NCBI GenBank assembly: GCA_050084515.1
Contig: CM114271.1
Span: 11,408,001 to 11,472,000 of the forward strand
Direction: 5' to 3'
Source of the DNA: Blasia pusilla
Lineage: Eukaryota
DNA length: 64,000 nt
Shown here: piece by piece, positions 1 to 14,282 of the stretch
How the letters are laid out: each line of letters starts with the position of its first letter
How positions within the stretch are numbered: position 1 is the first letter of the stretch
Notes under the pieces: generated by a model
The model's database searches: none
Seen by the model: only the letters and a program-made list of their open reading frames with translations
Told to the model about the DNA's origin: nothing
Translations under genes and position numbers: made by a program

Positions 1-269
1 ACAATCATTTCCTTAGATCATGGGCCTATGCGCATAGAGAGGAAAAAATTATATTCTTTAAGCTTGTAAAAATAGGGCATTTGAGTCAGCTGACATTGAT
101 AGTACACATAAGTAAAATAGTTTATCATTTCATTCAACGACAATCCCATAAGCTCCTTGAATTTGAATTGAATCCTAGTCTCTCATTTTGGTCTATGTAC
201 TTTTCTTCCAGGGCTTATGAAGCTTAGTAGACATGGTTGATGAGTCAATGTTTTTGACTGCTTGAACAG

Positions 270-3200
270 TACTGTCGGGTTGGTTCTACTACATTTGTAC
301 ATGTATGGTTGGAATGTATATCTTTGGCGTCGGGCTCGGATCAACTATACCCTCATTTTTGAGTGGGCGCCAGGGATAGAGCTTCTATGTCAAGAAGTGC
401 TACTTTTGAGCACAGGTCTTACCACACTTTGGATGTTAGCCATGAGCGTTGTGAAGTTGTGCCCAGGAATGCCACATAGTGACCTTGTACCTCTCATTCT
501 TCTTATGGTGAGTGGCTATTTCCTCTTAATCCTTTATTTATGATTTTTTCATTTTTGGAAGCTTAGTTAAATATTGAAATTCATGGTTGTTTAGATCATT
601 AGGATATTTTGGGTATGATTTCTACCGGAAGACGTTTGCTTCTAGTATTTTTATTCAATTGTATTTTTTTTCAAATTTAAGTTTTTTGAAATAAGAATAA
701 CATCCCACTGTTCTAAATAACTTAACTCTTCAATAAAAATTAAAATAACACCCCATTCCTCTAAATTATTCTACCTTTCCAAAAAAATTTAAAGTATACC
801 TACTCCCCCTTCAAATGACACACATTAATTAATTTTAATTAATGAAATCATTTCTGTCTTATGTCTTTTCAAAATATCAAGTTTGAATTGAAAAAATGCA
901 AACTTGTTATTTGTCTTACGATCTCGCTATTTTATGTGCATATAGGATAACCAATTAAGATAGAGATATTAGAAAAATCACATTTCATTTTAACCATTTG
1001 TAATAGTTGCACACAACTTATTGAGTAAAAGGGGAGTGACTAGAACGTGAGTTTTCTTACAACTTATTTAGTAAAGGGGAGAGAGTTTTTTTAGAAAAGA
1101 AGAGCTTTTATAGTCCCAAAATTAGAAAAAAAAATTCCTAAAATTTAAACGAGAGCTAAGAACTCCCATTGGTATAATATGATAACCACCTTCTCACATA
1201 ATATACAAACTCAATTCTAGACACTTCGGGCCTAAGACTACCACAAGTGCTTTACATAATATTCGAACATTTTCCATGTCGTAAAGACCAGCTCGGAAAA
1301 TATATTCGTTCATTCTATTGAATTGAAAGCCAAGGGAAACTACAAGCACTCACATCATTGTTTTTGAAAGAATGGGAAAGACCATGGCAGATCTCGAGAA
1401 TGAAACTTGGAGTGAGTTTTGCAGGTATATTTGGTCATCCTTTTTTTTCCTATGAACTATTGCTACAGATCCACGCGCGTGGTACTGATTCGTTGTATTA
1501 TTCACATCGTCTGCTCGCCTCTGCATAAGGTACCCAACAGCCTCCGTCCACTCATACCCCAATGTCTGTCGCGCTCTTACCGAATTGCAACAAATATACA
1601 TCCATGTTGACACGCCAATGTCATTGCTTTCTCACAGATCTCTCGACAAATGCTTGTCAATGCTCACACATAATTGTGATTGCCTTCTCAAACATCTCTC
1701 GTGATTGAAGCCCAGACATAGCACATGCAACCGGAATTCAAACTAGACCAGCGTAGTGAGGAGCCGTGCAAAGTAGATGAACAAACTAACTGGAAATGAG
1801 TACATCGAAGGTACATGTCAGAAGGCGATCATGCAGACAAATGATTTGCCTTTTATCGATGTGCGTTTGGCGTGTTTTTCACCAGGAAGGGAATGTTAGA
1901 GTAGCAAACGAGAGCTTGGGGATGGATAGCCGTACCGACACTAGTCGTTGAAAAGAAAATAGATTCAGCATCGGCCGTGCATGCTGAGGCTGATAATAAG
2001 TTAGGTTGGTGAGAGATGGATGGATTACTGGACCGCGGAAACGTGCGTACAATGGCAGGAAAGGCAGTTCTCCTCATGTGAGCATCTGTTTCATGTGTTG
2101 TAGGTGGCGCTGGCCGACTCTTTTCTCGCAGACCAGATTACGAGCCAGGTACGTGGCCAGTTGGTTAAAACCTCACTCTGCAGAAAATCAGAGATCGATG
2201 CGTCCAACTTATGCTTATTTACTTCAAGAATTAGGATAGGTGGAAGCGGTTCAAGTTATTCGTGAACAACCAGGAAATTTTTATCCATCTTCAATATCTA
2301 GTTTCCTGGTCCATGCGTGTTTAACTCCCTCACACTGATCTCCATCTTTCACTTGTGGCAAGAGTGGATTCCACTCAAGGCTCATGGGATCTCTTCTAAT
2401 TGCAGCCAGCTTACCCTACCAAACTTGCCGAAACTGACAGCAAATCGCCCACGCAGTCAGATCCCCTCACCAGAACCTCGCCTCATGTATTTGGAATTCG
2501 TTCAGATCTATTTGTAGAGTGCAGCAGGTTTCACTTCATGACATGAAACCCTCAAAATCTCACTTGATAAGACTTTGCATCCCGTGATGAAGAGGAAGCA
2601 CAGGTGAAGGATCGGCCATTTCATATACTCAATGTGGACGGAAGTGCTGGCTTGGATCCCTTAGTCTGTCCATCTGCCTGTTATTACTGAGCTGCCTACC
2701 AACGTGACGCAGGTTGCAGCCATGAAGAATATTCAATACCTGGCGTGCTACTACTTTGGGGGATACTTTCACGATTGGCCTCAAGATGTGGGAGTGGGAG
2801 TCTGCACAGATGGCCATATCTATTTCTCCTTCCGGTACTTCGTGTCCGTATTGCCTTCGTGGTGGAGACTCATGCAGGTACAAAGCCCGTCCTCTGATGC
2901 AATCAGTGATCACAGAAAAGAGTTCCAACAATTTCCGTTCAAAAATTCACACGTAAACTTCCTCCAGTTTCATCAAATCAGAACTAGACAGTGCTCATCT
3001 TGTCGTTGCCAACACGGCCATAGCACCTCCAGGGCGGAATCAGTGTCGATGGCTCCGCTCGTGAGGTATTGTTTCGTTCAGTCCGGTGTGGAAAGGAGTG
3101 TCACTGGATGAAACAAGCAATATCGATTCCTGAGAAAGAAGGAAAGAAATTCATTTCATGGATCCATGTTTGGTCACGCTTTTGCAATTCATGACCGAAA

Positions 3201-4372
3201 ATCGGGCCGGAACTATAATGCAGTATTATGCAATTTGCAATTAGAGCGAGGGAGGAGGGCAGTGCACGAGAGTCCATGGCAGTGTTTCTTGCTGTTTGTT
3301 CACAGTTTAGGAGAATGCTCTAACAGGGCCGCATCTGCTTCATTCATCAGTGTGCAAGAAGGGTGGTCGATGAGCGCAACTTCATGCAAGTTCTTAATGC
3401 GGGCAAGTACATATCATCTCTTGTTGCTGCCACGATAAAAGTAGCCTATGCGCAACACGGAGGACAAAAGCTGTTTTATCTCTTTCTAGCGTCGACGACG
3501 ATATCCACCTTGTACAACCTCTACTGGGATACGGTCGTGGACTGGGGGTTGCTTCAATCCAACTCGGTGAATCCATGGTTGCGGGACCAGCTACTCTTGA
3601 AGAATAAAATGGTATATTATATCGCCATGGTACGTTCCAAGTAATTTTTCTCGAGTATAGCGTGGGAGAATTTTTATAATGAGAGCATGCAACTTTCCGC
3701 ACCTTTGAAGGATGTTACGTTATGTTATGTTCTCTCTCTTCACGAAAAAAGTGCTACCATGTGCAAGTGTTTTGACACGATGATGTGTTGTCCAGGCAAT
3801 CAACTTCTTGTTGAGAACGGCATGGATTGTTGCAGTAGTTCTCGAGAAAGTGTTGGGAGTGGATCATGATGTGGCAGATTTAGTACTCGCCGTTTTGGAA
3901 GTGTTCCGCCGAGGACAATGGAATTTCTACAGGTTTCTTCCTAGGTCCCTTCTGCAACTACAAACAATGGTTTTCCCCGTGTTAGAAGCGTTCCATATTG
4001 TGGGTTGGGAGGGGAAACCCGAATGACAATACGTGTTGTAGAAGAGGCAAGGGACTGTGAATACGAGCTAGTAGAGTGTCTTGGGTCTATGTTTACATCC
4101 TCCTTGTTTGATGCATCCCCAGTCTATAATGCAGCAGGCAAAAGATAGGAGGAATGATCTAGTGGAGTGTCTTGGGTTTATGCTAACCCACTCACATTTC
4201 AATGCATCCCGCACACAAGTGTATCTAGACCCTAACACCGGAGATGGACCACTTAACCAATTGCCATCTATGGTTGTGATGCAGACTAGAAAATGAACAT
4301 CTACACAATTTTGGCAAGTTTAAGGCTTTGAGACAAGCACCGTTACCCTTTCAAGATGTGGAGGGAGCTTAG
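270..4372 (+). CDS. PHO1: PHO1-family (SPX-EXS) phosphate exporter, 3' part. Exons 270-507, 1425-1529, 2104-2148, 2713-2877, 3351-3629, 3796-3932, 4285-4372; 5' exons lie upstream of the window
   Basis: All introns are GT-AG and the spliced frame is continuous. EXS motifs seen: '[15 protein letters not shown]', '[11 protein letters not shown]', '[10 protein letters not shown]', 'NAGKY', '[17 protein letters not shown]', '[23 protein letters not shown]'. Stop TAG at 4370-4372. Confidence 0.93.
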
Positions 4373-5904
4373 TGTACATCAATTTCCACTGACAATTATA
4401 TTCGATTCAATAGGGGTGCACATTGTGAAGTGACAGGCATACATACCATACCATTTCAAGGCACAGGAATCACCGAAATAGAAGAGTTTTAGATATTTTA
4501 TGTGAGTAATTCATGCTTACATTGTAACGCTTTACGAGAGTAGAAGTGATGTCCTGGTCCATGTGAGCTGCAGGACCACTCCATTTAGTGGACTGCACCT
4601 ACATTCTACTTAATGTCCTTTGCTGGACATCATATAAGATCTTTATCAATTATGTTAAAACACCCCATTCTCTATTGTAGCCATATAGCCAATCTCTCGG
4701 AATGCAGATTCAAAGACCTAAATAATTATGGTAAACGTTCACAGAATAGCAGAGCAGTTCAAGACCATAGACGGAAATCAGGTGAGATCCAAGCCACGAA
4801 GCAAAATTGATGGCTGATTGTTTTTCAGAAAGCCACTGTTGCGAAAATTCTATCCAAGAAATTCTCAACTTGGCGACATCGGCATTATCGCATGTAATCC
4901 GGATTATTCTCCAATCTTTCTTATGATGAGAGAGCAGCAGACTGGAGAGCAGGGATCAAGGAGGAAAATTTTTTCCACAGATTTGACACTGTTCCCAAGT
5001 GAATTGATCTGCCATCATGGGTGTAGAGGGCAGGAGATTTGTTGCAAAAGAGTACATCCCTGAGAAAGTAGACTTTGAGAATCGAAGTTGTATAGTCCCA
5101 TATTCAAAATTCTGTCCCATAACATTGAGGACCATTACTCCTCACTTCTTTGCAGTTCGCATTCAAATTCTATCTATTACTGTGAATGTGGCACCGCTGC
5201 AGCAAGTTATGTGACAAAAGCCAGATTCAACTCCAAAAGTTGTCAATTTCTTCTGTACTACTTATGAAGGCTCCAGTGTCTCCCACATGCTGTCTTCTAT
5301 TCGTGTCACTGTTTATAGAAATTCCAGTAAAAGGACTACGAGGCCATAGATTGCCATCCTATCTTGTAGTTCATATCTGCATCTTGTGCAGCAGCTCAAC
5401 TTCACATGTAGGAAGCAAAGGACGCTCTGAGGGAGTGAAAGAAAATGAGTCATTGCCTCATTTGAGGAAAATGGAGGACACTACCAAATCTGATACCAGC
5501 ATTGCTGTATCTTGGCCTGGCCTGTCCAATAGAAGTACAATCTTGTTGTTTCCAGATCTGGTCTGATGAGAATTGTTAAATCTTCACCAGGAGACTCCAA
5601 TACAGGTACAACATCATTGTTTAGACTGTTACTTCACAGTTCGACCACTAAATCCTTCAATGGGATCGACTTGTGAGTCGTGACAGGCCAGACAAACTCT
5701 ATTTTGCATTCTCACAAGTGGATCCATCAAGCTTGAATCCGGTTGACAATATTCACTGGTGCCACCCAGTCAACAATTCAAGTTGGCACCAAGTTACACT
5801 GATGATCAGACACCACGCCTTGCATCTGGCTGAGGGAGGCATCACACAGGTGAAAAGTCTATCCCTCTTCTAGGTGTACATATCATACACAAACTGATCC
5901 ACCT

Positions 5905-7094
5905 TTACCTCTTCTCATCCTTCAATGTTACAAAAGACCTAAGTAAACTCGGTGATATTATATCTGAAAGGCCACCTTTATCAGAAAGAGCCAGCATCTT
6001 TTCCTTTACCGTACTTTGCAGCCCTTTCACTGCGTGCTCCAACTGCTCTTGTTCTAAACAATCCATACAAGTAGCCAATTCTCAGATGAATTAAATGCAA
6101 GCAATCTCTTTGATCATTAACTTTTGCGTCCTCTTCCATTCCTTCGACAGACATCCTCTGATCCTCAATGACATTTGGATCATTACTCAAGATAATTAAT
6201 CCACAGTTCTGAAACACCAGCAGGATTAGCGACATTGTAGGATACAAAGGATACTGATGATTGATCAGTACCTTTCTCCAAGTGACAGTGGGTGTGATGA
6301 AATGGGAGGCGCACGAAAACGTCTGAGTTATGGCACATCACGTAAAGTGGAGCTGATCCATCGTGGTCGCCACACGTAAGACATTTGCCCACTTCTGGTT
6401 TGGTCTCTCCAAACACAGTTATTCGAGCAGATGGTGACAGCTCCGGCACACTACTCCGAGATGTCCGAGCTTGCTTCCTTAGGGCAGTCAGAGCTTCTCT
6501 TAGGCCATTCCGTGATTTGTCGCACTCAACTATCTGTTGAAGGCCTTAATCACTGCTCTGTTGAGAAATTTCTATCCTTAAAAATGAGACAAGTTCAGAA
6601 AGCGCATCTACACAACAGATAGTAAAGGCCACCGTAATAAAATTATCAACCTCAACTAAAGCCCTGGGGGCCATGAGAGACATACACAAGTGCAAAAGAC
6701 GGCAGAGACATAATTAGTTTCGTCCACTGATTGCAACAAAGGAATCCCATAACTTCCCCGTAACCACGGCCATGTTGAGAAAGCACATCTACAGAAAAGG
6801 TAGTAAAATCTTCTAGAAACAAACAATTGCCATCAACCAAAACCCTCGGGGCCATGAGAGACAAGTGCACAAGATGGAGAGAAGTGATTCGTTTTTTTGT
6901 CCACTGACTCACTGCGACTAACGAATCATATGATCTCTCCACAGGATGTTTCCAAAGTGAGATTAGGTAGCACAATTGAGTGCACTCCTCACAGAGTGTC
7001 GAATAAGAACCTGTTGACGAGTGAGTAAGAGCTGTTCAGCAACATGCTCGATATCAGTGAGACCTTTCTGAAGTTTCTGCACGCCCTTGTCCAT
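5905..7094 (-). CDS. PDRG1: p53 and DNA damage-regulated protein 1 (prefoldin-like), 164 aa. Exons 7094-7011, 6533-6272, 6053-5905
   Basis: Spliced translation MDKGVQKLQKGLTDIEHVAEQLLLTRQQ/IVECDKSRNGLREALTALRKQARTS...CLTCGDHD...DVFVRLPFHHTHCHLEK/EQEQLEHAVKGLQSTVKEK...LLRSFVTLKDEKR* resembles plant PDRG1. Canonical splice sites; exon lengths 84+262+149=495 nt. Confidence 0.88.
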
Positions 7095-7599
7095 CGCTGC
7101 GGGTCTACACCGGTTAACAACTTCGAAGTAGGGAACTCAACTCTTCTGGTATCAAAGCAGCGTGGCCAATCTGTTGGAAATTACGCGCCTGCCGATGTAA
7201 CTGTACTCCGGTCTCCTCACTCCAACTCCCTCAACCACAAATCTGATTCCTTCGCACTCCAAAATTCTCATTCCTGCGCTCCTCCCATCCCTAGCCCTTA
7301 GCAGCTCCGCCACACTATTCGCTAAAAAATCCAGATTTCACTACACCGCAATAGAAGAACTCTGCAGCGCGACGTGAAGAAACGGATACGGTGATGACAC
7401 GGGATGAGCCTTGGAAACCCGACGCCAGTCTACATGTCAGGCACATTACGCTCACCGACACTGGGCACGAGAACTGAAATGATGAAATGAAATGATGTAA
7501 AAGTCCGGTATAACGATGGGTGCTTGTGACTCGCTTGAGGATTTTGCTTATAAGTTAGTTAAATTTTATAATGATAAAATCCTAGCATTTCAACAACAA

Positions 7600-10063
7600 T
7601 TTAGTATAAACATCATTTTTGTTTGGTGGATTTTGATTATCAAATGGATTCATTTGCTAGAACCTACTCTAGATAAGGCAACATATAATTGTCCGTGAGA
7701 AAGTACACGAATTGGCAAGTAAATACCAACTAAATGTAACGATTGACCTTGAGACTTATTAATAGCAAAGGTTGTCCGAATAGGAAATTGAAATCTTCAT
7801 AAATTAAAAGGTAGACCTGAATCAAATGCAATCAACGGAATGCATGGAATCAATACTCGAGCTCCAATATTTTTTCCCGTCATAATTACAGCATCTATAA
7901 CATGTTGACCAAATCCAACAATCACCAAACGAGTCCGGTTTGCTTGTCCCGTTTGCTCCATTTCATATTCTATAATAGCATAATTGGAGTTCCAATCTTC
8001 AATGTTAAGCAATGTGGTGGCAATCCTGATGGCAAACAGGTATTCAAGAATTCTCTTGGGTATACGGACCTCATCCCATCATCAATTACCGAATCAACAC
8101 TGAAAAAAGTGTGCATTTGAAAAGAGAAACAATCTTTAGCATCAAAAGGATAATTTCTTATAGTACAAATTAATTGTATCTTCATTTCATATAAATTGAA
8201 GACATTCATGAAATATTCAAATTACCTCTCCTGGAAATTGCGACATAGTTTCGGCATTGATCAAATCCACAATAGTATTCTTTGTTGTAAGAATAGATGC
8301 ACCCCTCAAGAAGTCAATATCACTCCACTTATCAATATCACGTCCGAGATCACGTCCATAGACAATTTCAATCAAATCATTAAGTTTGTGGCTCTTAATA
8401 ATCATCGCATCAAGAATTCTTATAAAATCATCTCCAAGCTCACAATGCAATGGTATCCTTAAAAGTAGAATAAACAACACCATCAATCGTCCTTAAATCT
8501 TGATAAGATTTAGCTCCTCTCATATGATGAAGAAGTAATCGTAGCCAATGACGCTCTCCTTCACCTATATAAATTAACATACAATTAAAATATTAAATAA
8601 CCCAAAAAAGAAGGGAATAATATTAATTTCAGTTAACCTTTAAGTTTTTGAATAAAAAAAAAACCATTCGGAGAAAGTTTACCTGGGTTAGTCATATACA
8701 AATGTTCGATAGGATGTCCACATCCTTTTCTTCCACATTTACATCCAACCTATGTCTTCTTATTCCAAGAGTAATGAGAAGGAAATTCCAAATAAAGGAG
8801 TTGTCGAGCCGTAGGATCAGATATATTGGTAGCAAACCATTGAATGAGAGTGATCTCCTTACTCCGTTCTAGAATATTACCCAAGGAGTCTCGATCATGA
8901 AAATATACCATCTGGCTATCAAGGAGATGAACAATCAATCATGCAATACTTGGTTGCTCAGCATATAAAATAAACTTGAAGATTCTCCAACAAGTTTCTG
9001 AAGAAGAAACATACCTTAAAAGACAAAAAAGTAAATATTGTTAGAGTCCAACCTTTCAATATTCTAATATAATTTCAAAATAACATTAAAAAAATAGAAA
9101 GTCATGTACCTCGCATCAAGATATAAGAATGTCTCATCAATAATATCTTCTGTAATAATACTTCTTGCCAATGTGTAGGATATGGCATCTGATCCCTTAT
9201 ATACATACTTATAGGAGTACTTCACTGCCAATATGCTATTCGTAATCTCCAAATTGATATGGCAATCAAAGAAGGTACATAACATTGGATAATATGAAAC
9301 CACCCGACGATTGTCAAAGTCATGATTCGACTCATGAATATACCTACCATTATCACGTCTACATAAACAAAAATATAGAAAATATATGAGTACTTAAAAC
9401 AAACTTCGAAAGATATGTTAATATGAGATTTAAAAAAATAAAACAAAGGTCAAGATGATTACCGCTTATAAATAGGATATCCATCCTCGTTCTCCATTAT
9501 CATTGACGTAAATCGTATTGGGTAGCCCTTAGAGCATATTTTAGTTATTTTATCAATACATGGCGGATTGGGATGAAGTAATCCACATGGTCCATGTATC
9601 ATACAATTTCTCAGAGCCGTATGAAGTTTCAGATGAGTAGTCGAATCACGAACCTCAACAGATATAATATCATCAAAATCAGAGGTTGTCTTTGGCTTAT
9701 CCTCCCATCCAAGAATAGTCAAAATATGCACATATGATCGACCCCTCTTTTGAAACTTCACGACATGAATACAATCCACCACTTGTCCCAAAATATGCTT
9801 ATCCACTATAAGCCTCAATAACTCTTTCTTTTTTTGTTGGAAAACGCAAACAACTACGTGAAGACAATGTGAGGTTGTTTGACTAGGAAGTAGAGTAGAA
9901 GCGATCTCAGGCCACTTAGGGTTACAAGTCATAATAAAAAAAAAGTCACGCTTCCCAAAATGTCTTATATTTGTCATAGCATCATGATACAATTGATGCA
10001 TGCGTTGAGGTCTTCTAATAAAGGAGGAAGGTAAAATAACACGTTTCCCTATAGCATGACCAT
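7600..10063 (-). mobile_element. Helitron Rep/Pif1-helicase remnant (internally deleted, with stops), cut at 10063 by a Ty3 LTR
   Basis: Rep motifs 'VILPSSF', 'TCNPKWPEI', 'VKFQKRGRSYVHIL' (degenerate HUH), 'HGPCG', 'YKYVYKG'. Pif1 motifs 'PSGLPPHCLTLKIGTPIMLL' and '[15 protein letters not shown]...[12 protein letters not shown]' (~7665-7770). Termini not identified. Confidence 0.9.
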
Positions 10064-10806
10064 TGTCGTGCGAATACACATCGCTGCCAACATACATCGG
10101 CTGTCATGCACACACATGTCTAAGATCCATCTAGCTATGAATCCTAACATCTCTATACATGAACGATTGGACAACCCCAATATAAAGTTGAATATGCATT
10201 GTAAGCTCTGATGAAATTTGCAATCAACCGTGCTTCATCCAAACAACCATACTCATGATTTAGATACGCACTGGTGTAACAGCAAGAGAAAGTATACACA
10301 AGGATTCCCAAATGTGTGATCTCCTTATTGATCACTCCTAGCCCACCCTTCAAGAGAGAATTCAGGCTCAATACATGCACGTTGCAGTGTATCACGAATC
10401 CCAACAAGGGTCTGCAATCCTAAGGAGATGAGCTCCAAATGAGACTCATCCGAGGTATACCCCCCTGGGCAACCCGATGGGTAACCTATACACACAAGTC
10501 ACCTCCCTCCTAGTAGATCACTACCAACCTGTAGAACACCCATACTAGCTCCCTAACAACTACACATGTGGTCCCCTCATGAGATCAACTACCATCTAAC
10601 CCACGACCCTATATGTCCAAGTGGAGCCATACATGGCTAGGAAGTTCAACCTCTCCAAGGTTGCCACTCCTCATAAAGGGAAGGGTGACCTACACTCGTA
10701 GGTCACCTCCTAAGAGCAGGTCATATATGACCTCTCAAAATAGGGAAGTACAAGACCCCTCTAAGGCCTCAATACTATCTCACCCTACATCTCATCTACC
10801 ATGATA
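10064..10806 (-). repeat. 3' LTR (~743 bp) of the DNMT-Ty3 element
   Basis: Starts TGTCGTG exactly where Helitron homology ends, and ends CATGATA (probably a decayed CATGACA). The left end resembles the solo LTR at 16719. Confidence 0.65.
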
Positions 10807-10808
10807 GC

Positions 10809-10926
10809 TGTCGTGCAAATACACATCGCTGCCAACATACATCGGCTGTCATGCACACATATGTCTAAGATCCATCTAGCTATGAATCCTAACATCTTTA
10901 CACATGAACGACTGGACAACCCCAAT
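10809..10926. repeat. 118-bp direct duplicate of the LTR terminus (10064-10181)
   Basis: Near-identical 'tgtcgtgc.aatacacatcgctgccaacatacatcgg...ggacaaccccaat' at both positions. Confidence 0.9.
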
Positions 10927-11102
10927 CGCCCCCCTAGCTGGTGATTAGGTCCCTCTAACTCCACATAGCCTACAAAACAAGTCTAAATGTTATGCAACTT
11001 TTTGGTGCTAAGATCAAAAGGTCGGGTGCTATGTCACCCAATCGTTAGTCACCTTCTTGCAATCCATAACATCAAGAGTCATCTTGTATCTACCTATCAC
11101 AC

Positions 11103-11250
11103 CTATGTACATCTAGGACAAAGCCAACGTCCTTGAGGAACCAAGTCAAGAGGCGGCGTCAAACACGACATATGCCATCCTCGAGAACACCCATCACAAA
11201 CTAGCATCATGGCTGCGCCTCTGGCAGACCCACACAACATGCATCTCAAG
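11103..11250 (-). pseudogene. PHD finger at the pol C-terminus
   Basis: CMLC...MMLVCDGCSRGWHMSCLTPPL..VPQGRWLCPRC has the C4HC3 pattern. Confidence 0.9.
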
Positions 11251-11399
11251 CTTGCAGGAACAATTGCCAAGCTTGGATCAATCCCCATCCATATTCGAAA
11301 GATGACAAGGCGCACAGTTACGCACATGATCTTTCCAAATGGTACCATCACGACCCTCTAAAATAAGGACTCCTGAAGGTAAAATCTCTCGCACTCGCA

Positions 11400-14100
11400 G
11401 AATAGTGCATCTTGCCATCACATCCAATATTCTCGGCGCTGACTGCTATACGTAGACATAATTACTAGGATGGAATCATCGAATCCTTGATCGATAGCCT
11501 CCTCCACGCATAGTCACGTACATAAGAGTATCGCGATGCTTAGCGATAGCCAGGTTCTCAAACGCCATAAGCATGACTCTCTGAAAGAGCTAAGACCGCT
11601 AAGAACATGCTCATACCCATACGTCTGGATCGATGAGGTCAAGTACCTCAACCACATCTCATCGAATCAACGCCAGTAACTCTGGCTCTCTCCCATAGAG
11701 CAAGAAATACGGTGAAAATGATGCCAAGGATGCCTTCTGACTAAAGCGGTAACTCATCGCTAACCACCACAATTGTACTGTAGTCCATACTTGCGCAATC
11801 CTCTCTTCACCGTCTGCACAACTCTCTCTGCCAAACCATCTGCCTTCAGATGATCTCGAGAAGTCATACAATTATCTATCAGTGCCTAATCACACAAGGC
11901 CTGAAAGTCACATCTAAACTCAGTACCCTGGTCTGTCAACACCACTGCTGGTGTGCCAAAATGACTAAGCACTCTATCAAGAAATGCATAAGCCGCTCCC
12001 TCACTCGACCTATCTGGCAACGCTACCAACCCAATCCACTTGGAGAAGTGCTCCACCATGATCAACACGTACTGACTATGGCGTCCCGTCAATGGTAAAG
12101 GCCGTGCAAAGTATAAACTCCAGAGATACCCTAATCCCATGATCGGTAAAGGATACAAGTGTGGTGCTAGAGCATTGAATGATACCCGCACCCTATCACA
12201 TACACTGCATCTAGGTACAAATTGCTGAACATCAGTTTGCATACCACGCCACCAATACTGAATCTCAATCAAGCTATAAGTACGCTGGACTCCAAAATGC
12301 CCTAACTCCCTGTGAGCTTGTCTCACAACTTGTGCTCGCTGCGAAAGATGCGGCACCCTCCGCACTTGTCCATCCTCCCAAACTCGAAGCACATGCGTCC
12401 CCTCCCACCTGAACCTCCTGGCTTGCTGTAGGACTCGATCCCGCTCTCTAGCACCCACCATGCTCGCTAAGACACCAGTGCGTAGGTACTCCAAGACCAT
12501 CTCATCATCGTGGATATCTCCAATCCCTGTTAACTCCTCACTAGCATCTAGATATGAGGACTCACCATCCAACCTCCCTCTTGGAGTGGATGCCTCATGC
12601 TAACCTAACATAGCCAACAAAGACAAATAGGTAGATGCGTGCCAACTTGACACCATCTCCTCATCACTCTCACCATGCCACCGCGCTCCAGTCGCATTGC
12701 TCTGGATCGTGCATGGGTTACGGCTCAACCCGTCCGCATCCTAGTTCAGATGTCATGGGCGATGGACAACTTGAAAATCATACTCCTGCAATAGGAATGA
12801 TCATCTGGCAAGCTTCCCTGTAAGCATGTTAGACTCCATCAACCATCTAAGTGGTTGATGATCAGTGATGAGCGTGAAAGGGTTCGTGAACAAATAATAT
12901 CTGAAACGTGTCACTTTCCACACTCCAGCTAAGTACTCCCCCTCATAGGAACTGTACTTTGCCTCCACAGTGTTGTTCAAGCGGCTCACATACTCCACTA
13001 CGAACTCCTTCCCCTCATCATCTCTGTGAGTGAGCACTGCTCCTAACCCCAACATACTCCAGTCCGTATGTAACTTGAACGGACGACCATGCATACGTCT
13101 CCTCAAAATGGGTGAGGATTTCAACCTATCCTTGAGCTCTTGAAATGCTCGCTCCTAATCATCACCCCAAAACCACTCCTGGTCCAACCTAGTCAGCAAA
13201 GTCAGTGCCTTTGCAATCGCACTAAAGCCCTTCACGTACCGTCGATAGTAGTTCGCCAATCCCATGAAAGCTCGAACTCGACTCACATCTGTAGGGTGGG
13301 GAATGCGCGCTATGGCCTCCACCTTTGTCTGCTGAACTCCAATACCCCATGGATAAATGGCGTGTCCAAGGTACTCGACCTTGTCATGGAAGAACCTGCA
13401 CTTGCCAGGATGTAGCTTCATCCCATATAACTGCAATCGTCAAAACATCTCCTCTAGATGTCTCTCATGCTCCTCAATCGTGGCACTGAAGACGATAATG
13501 TCATCGACGTTAAATCTTGCATAATCCAAACCAGCCAAAATCCTATCCATAACTCGATGAAAACCCGCAGGGGCGTTCTTCAACCCAAATGGTAAGAATC
13601 GCCACTAGTACAAACTATCCTTCCCGAAAGGATCTATCCCCCAAAATGTTGTCTTCTCCCTATCCTCCACTCAGATGGGCAATTGATGATAGCCAGCACA
13701 GAGATCCAAACAACTAATGATCCTTCCATGCCCTACTACATCAGAGATCTCCTCAGGAGTAGGCATAGCATAGCGATTGGCCTTCGTATGCTGATTGATA
13801 GGACGGTAATCCCCACACATCCACCTATTGGTCCACTGGCCATGCATGTCCTTCTTTGCTGGCATAATTGTGGCAAATGCATACTCTCTAAGCAATCTCT
13901 CCACCAGTCCAGCGTCAGCCAAGTCTCGACTCCTCTGAATCAAGGCTCGCTCCATGTCAGAATACTTGTAGGATTGTTGGAAGATAGGAGTATCACTATC
14001 CAACTTGATTCAAATACCTGGACCCTTCAGCATACCCAAGTCGTGCATACTATATGCAAAACAGTCCTTGAATCTCCACAAGAATTGCAACACTCATCTT
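11400..14100 (-). pseudogene. Ty3/gypsy RT - RNase H - integrase (frameshifted, with stops)
   Basis: ORF fragments 13671-14003, 13155-13436, 12801-13124, 11886-12572 and 11659-11871 carry canonical Ty3 pol motifs. Confidence 0.93.
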
Positions 14101-14282
14101 CTCTCCGCTCCTATCAACCTAGGACCAATCATCGGCTCCCAAGTCTCTCTCATGACCTCTAGAGAAGAGGAGAGTGGTGGTTGCTAGCTAGCAACCTCTG
14201 GAGCAGCAACATACGCTCCCAACTCAGACACCAACTCTCTAGGCACTCCACTATGTCTTGCATCAGCGAGATGAACTCCCAT

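Noticed and set aside
700-1160. Possible MITE/foldback in a PHO1 intron (ctccccctt vs aaggggag motifs)
   Set aside because: Inverted similarity is too short, and no TIR or TSD can be defined by eye.
4600-5880. Several 60-126 aa ORFs between PHO1 and PDRG1
   Set aside because: No recognisable motif or consistent exon structure; probably 3' UTR or intergenic DNA.
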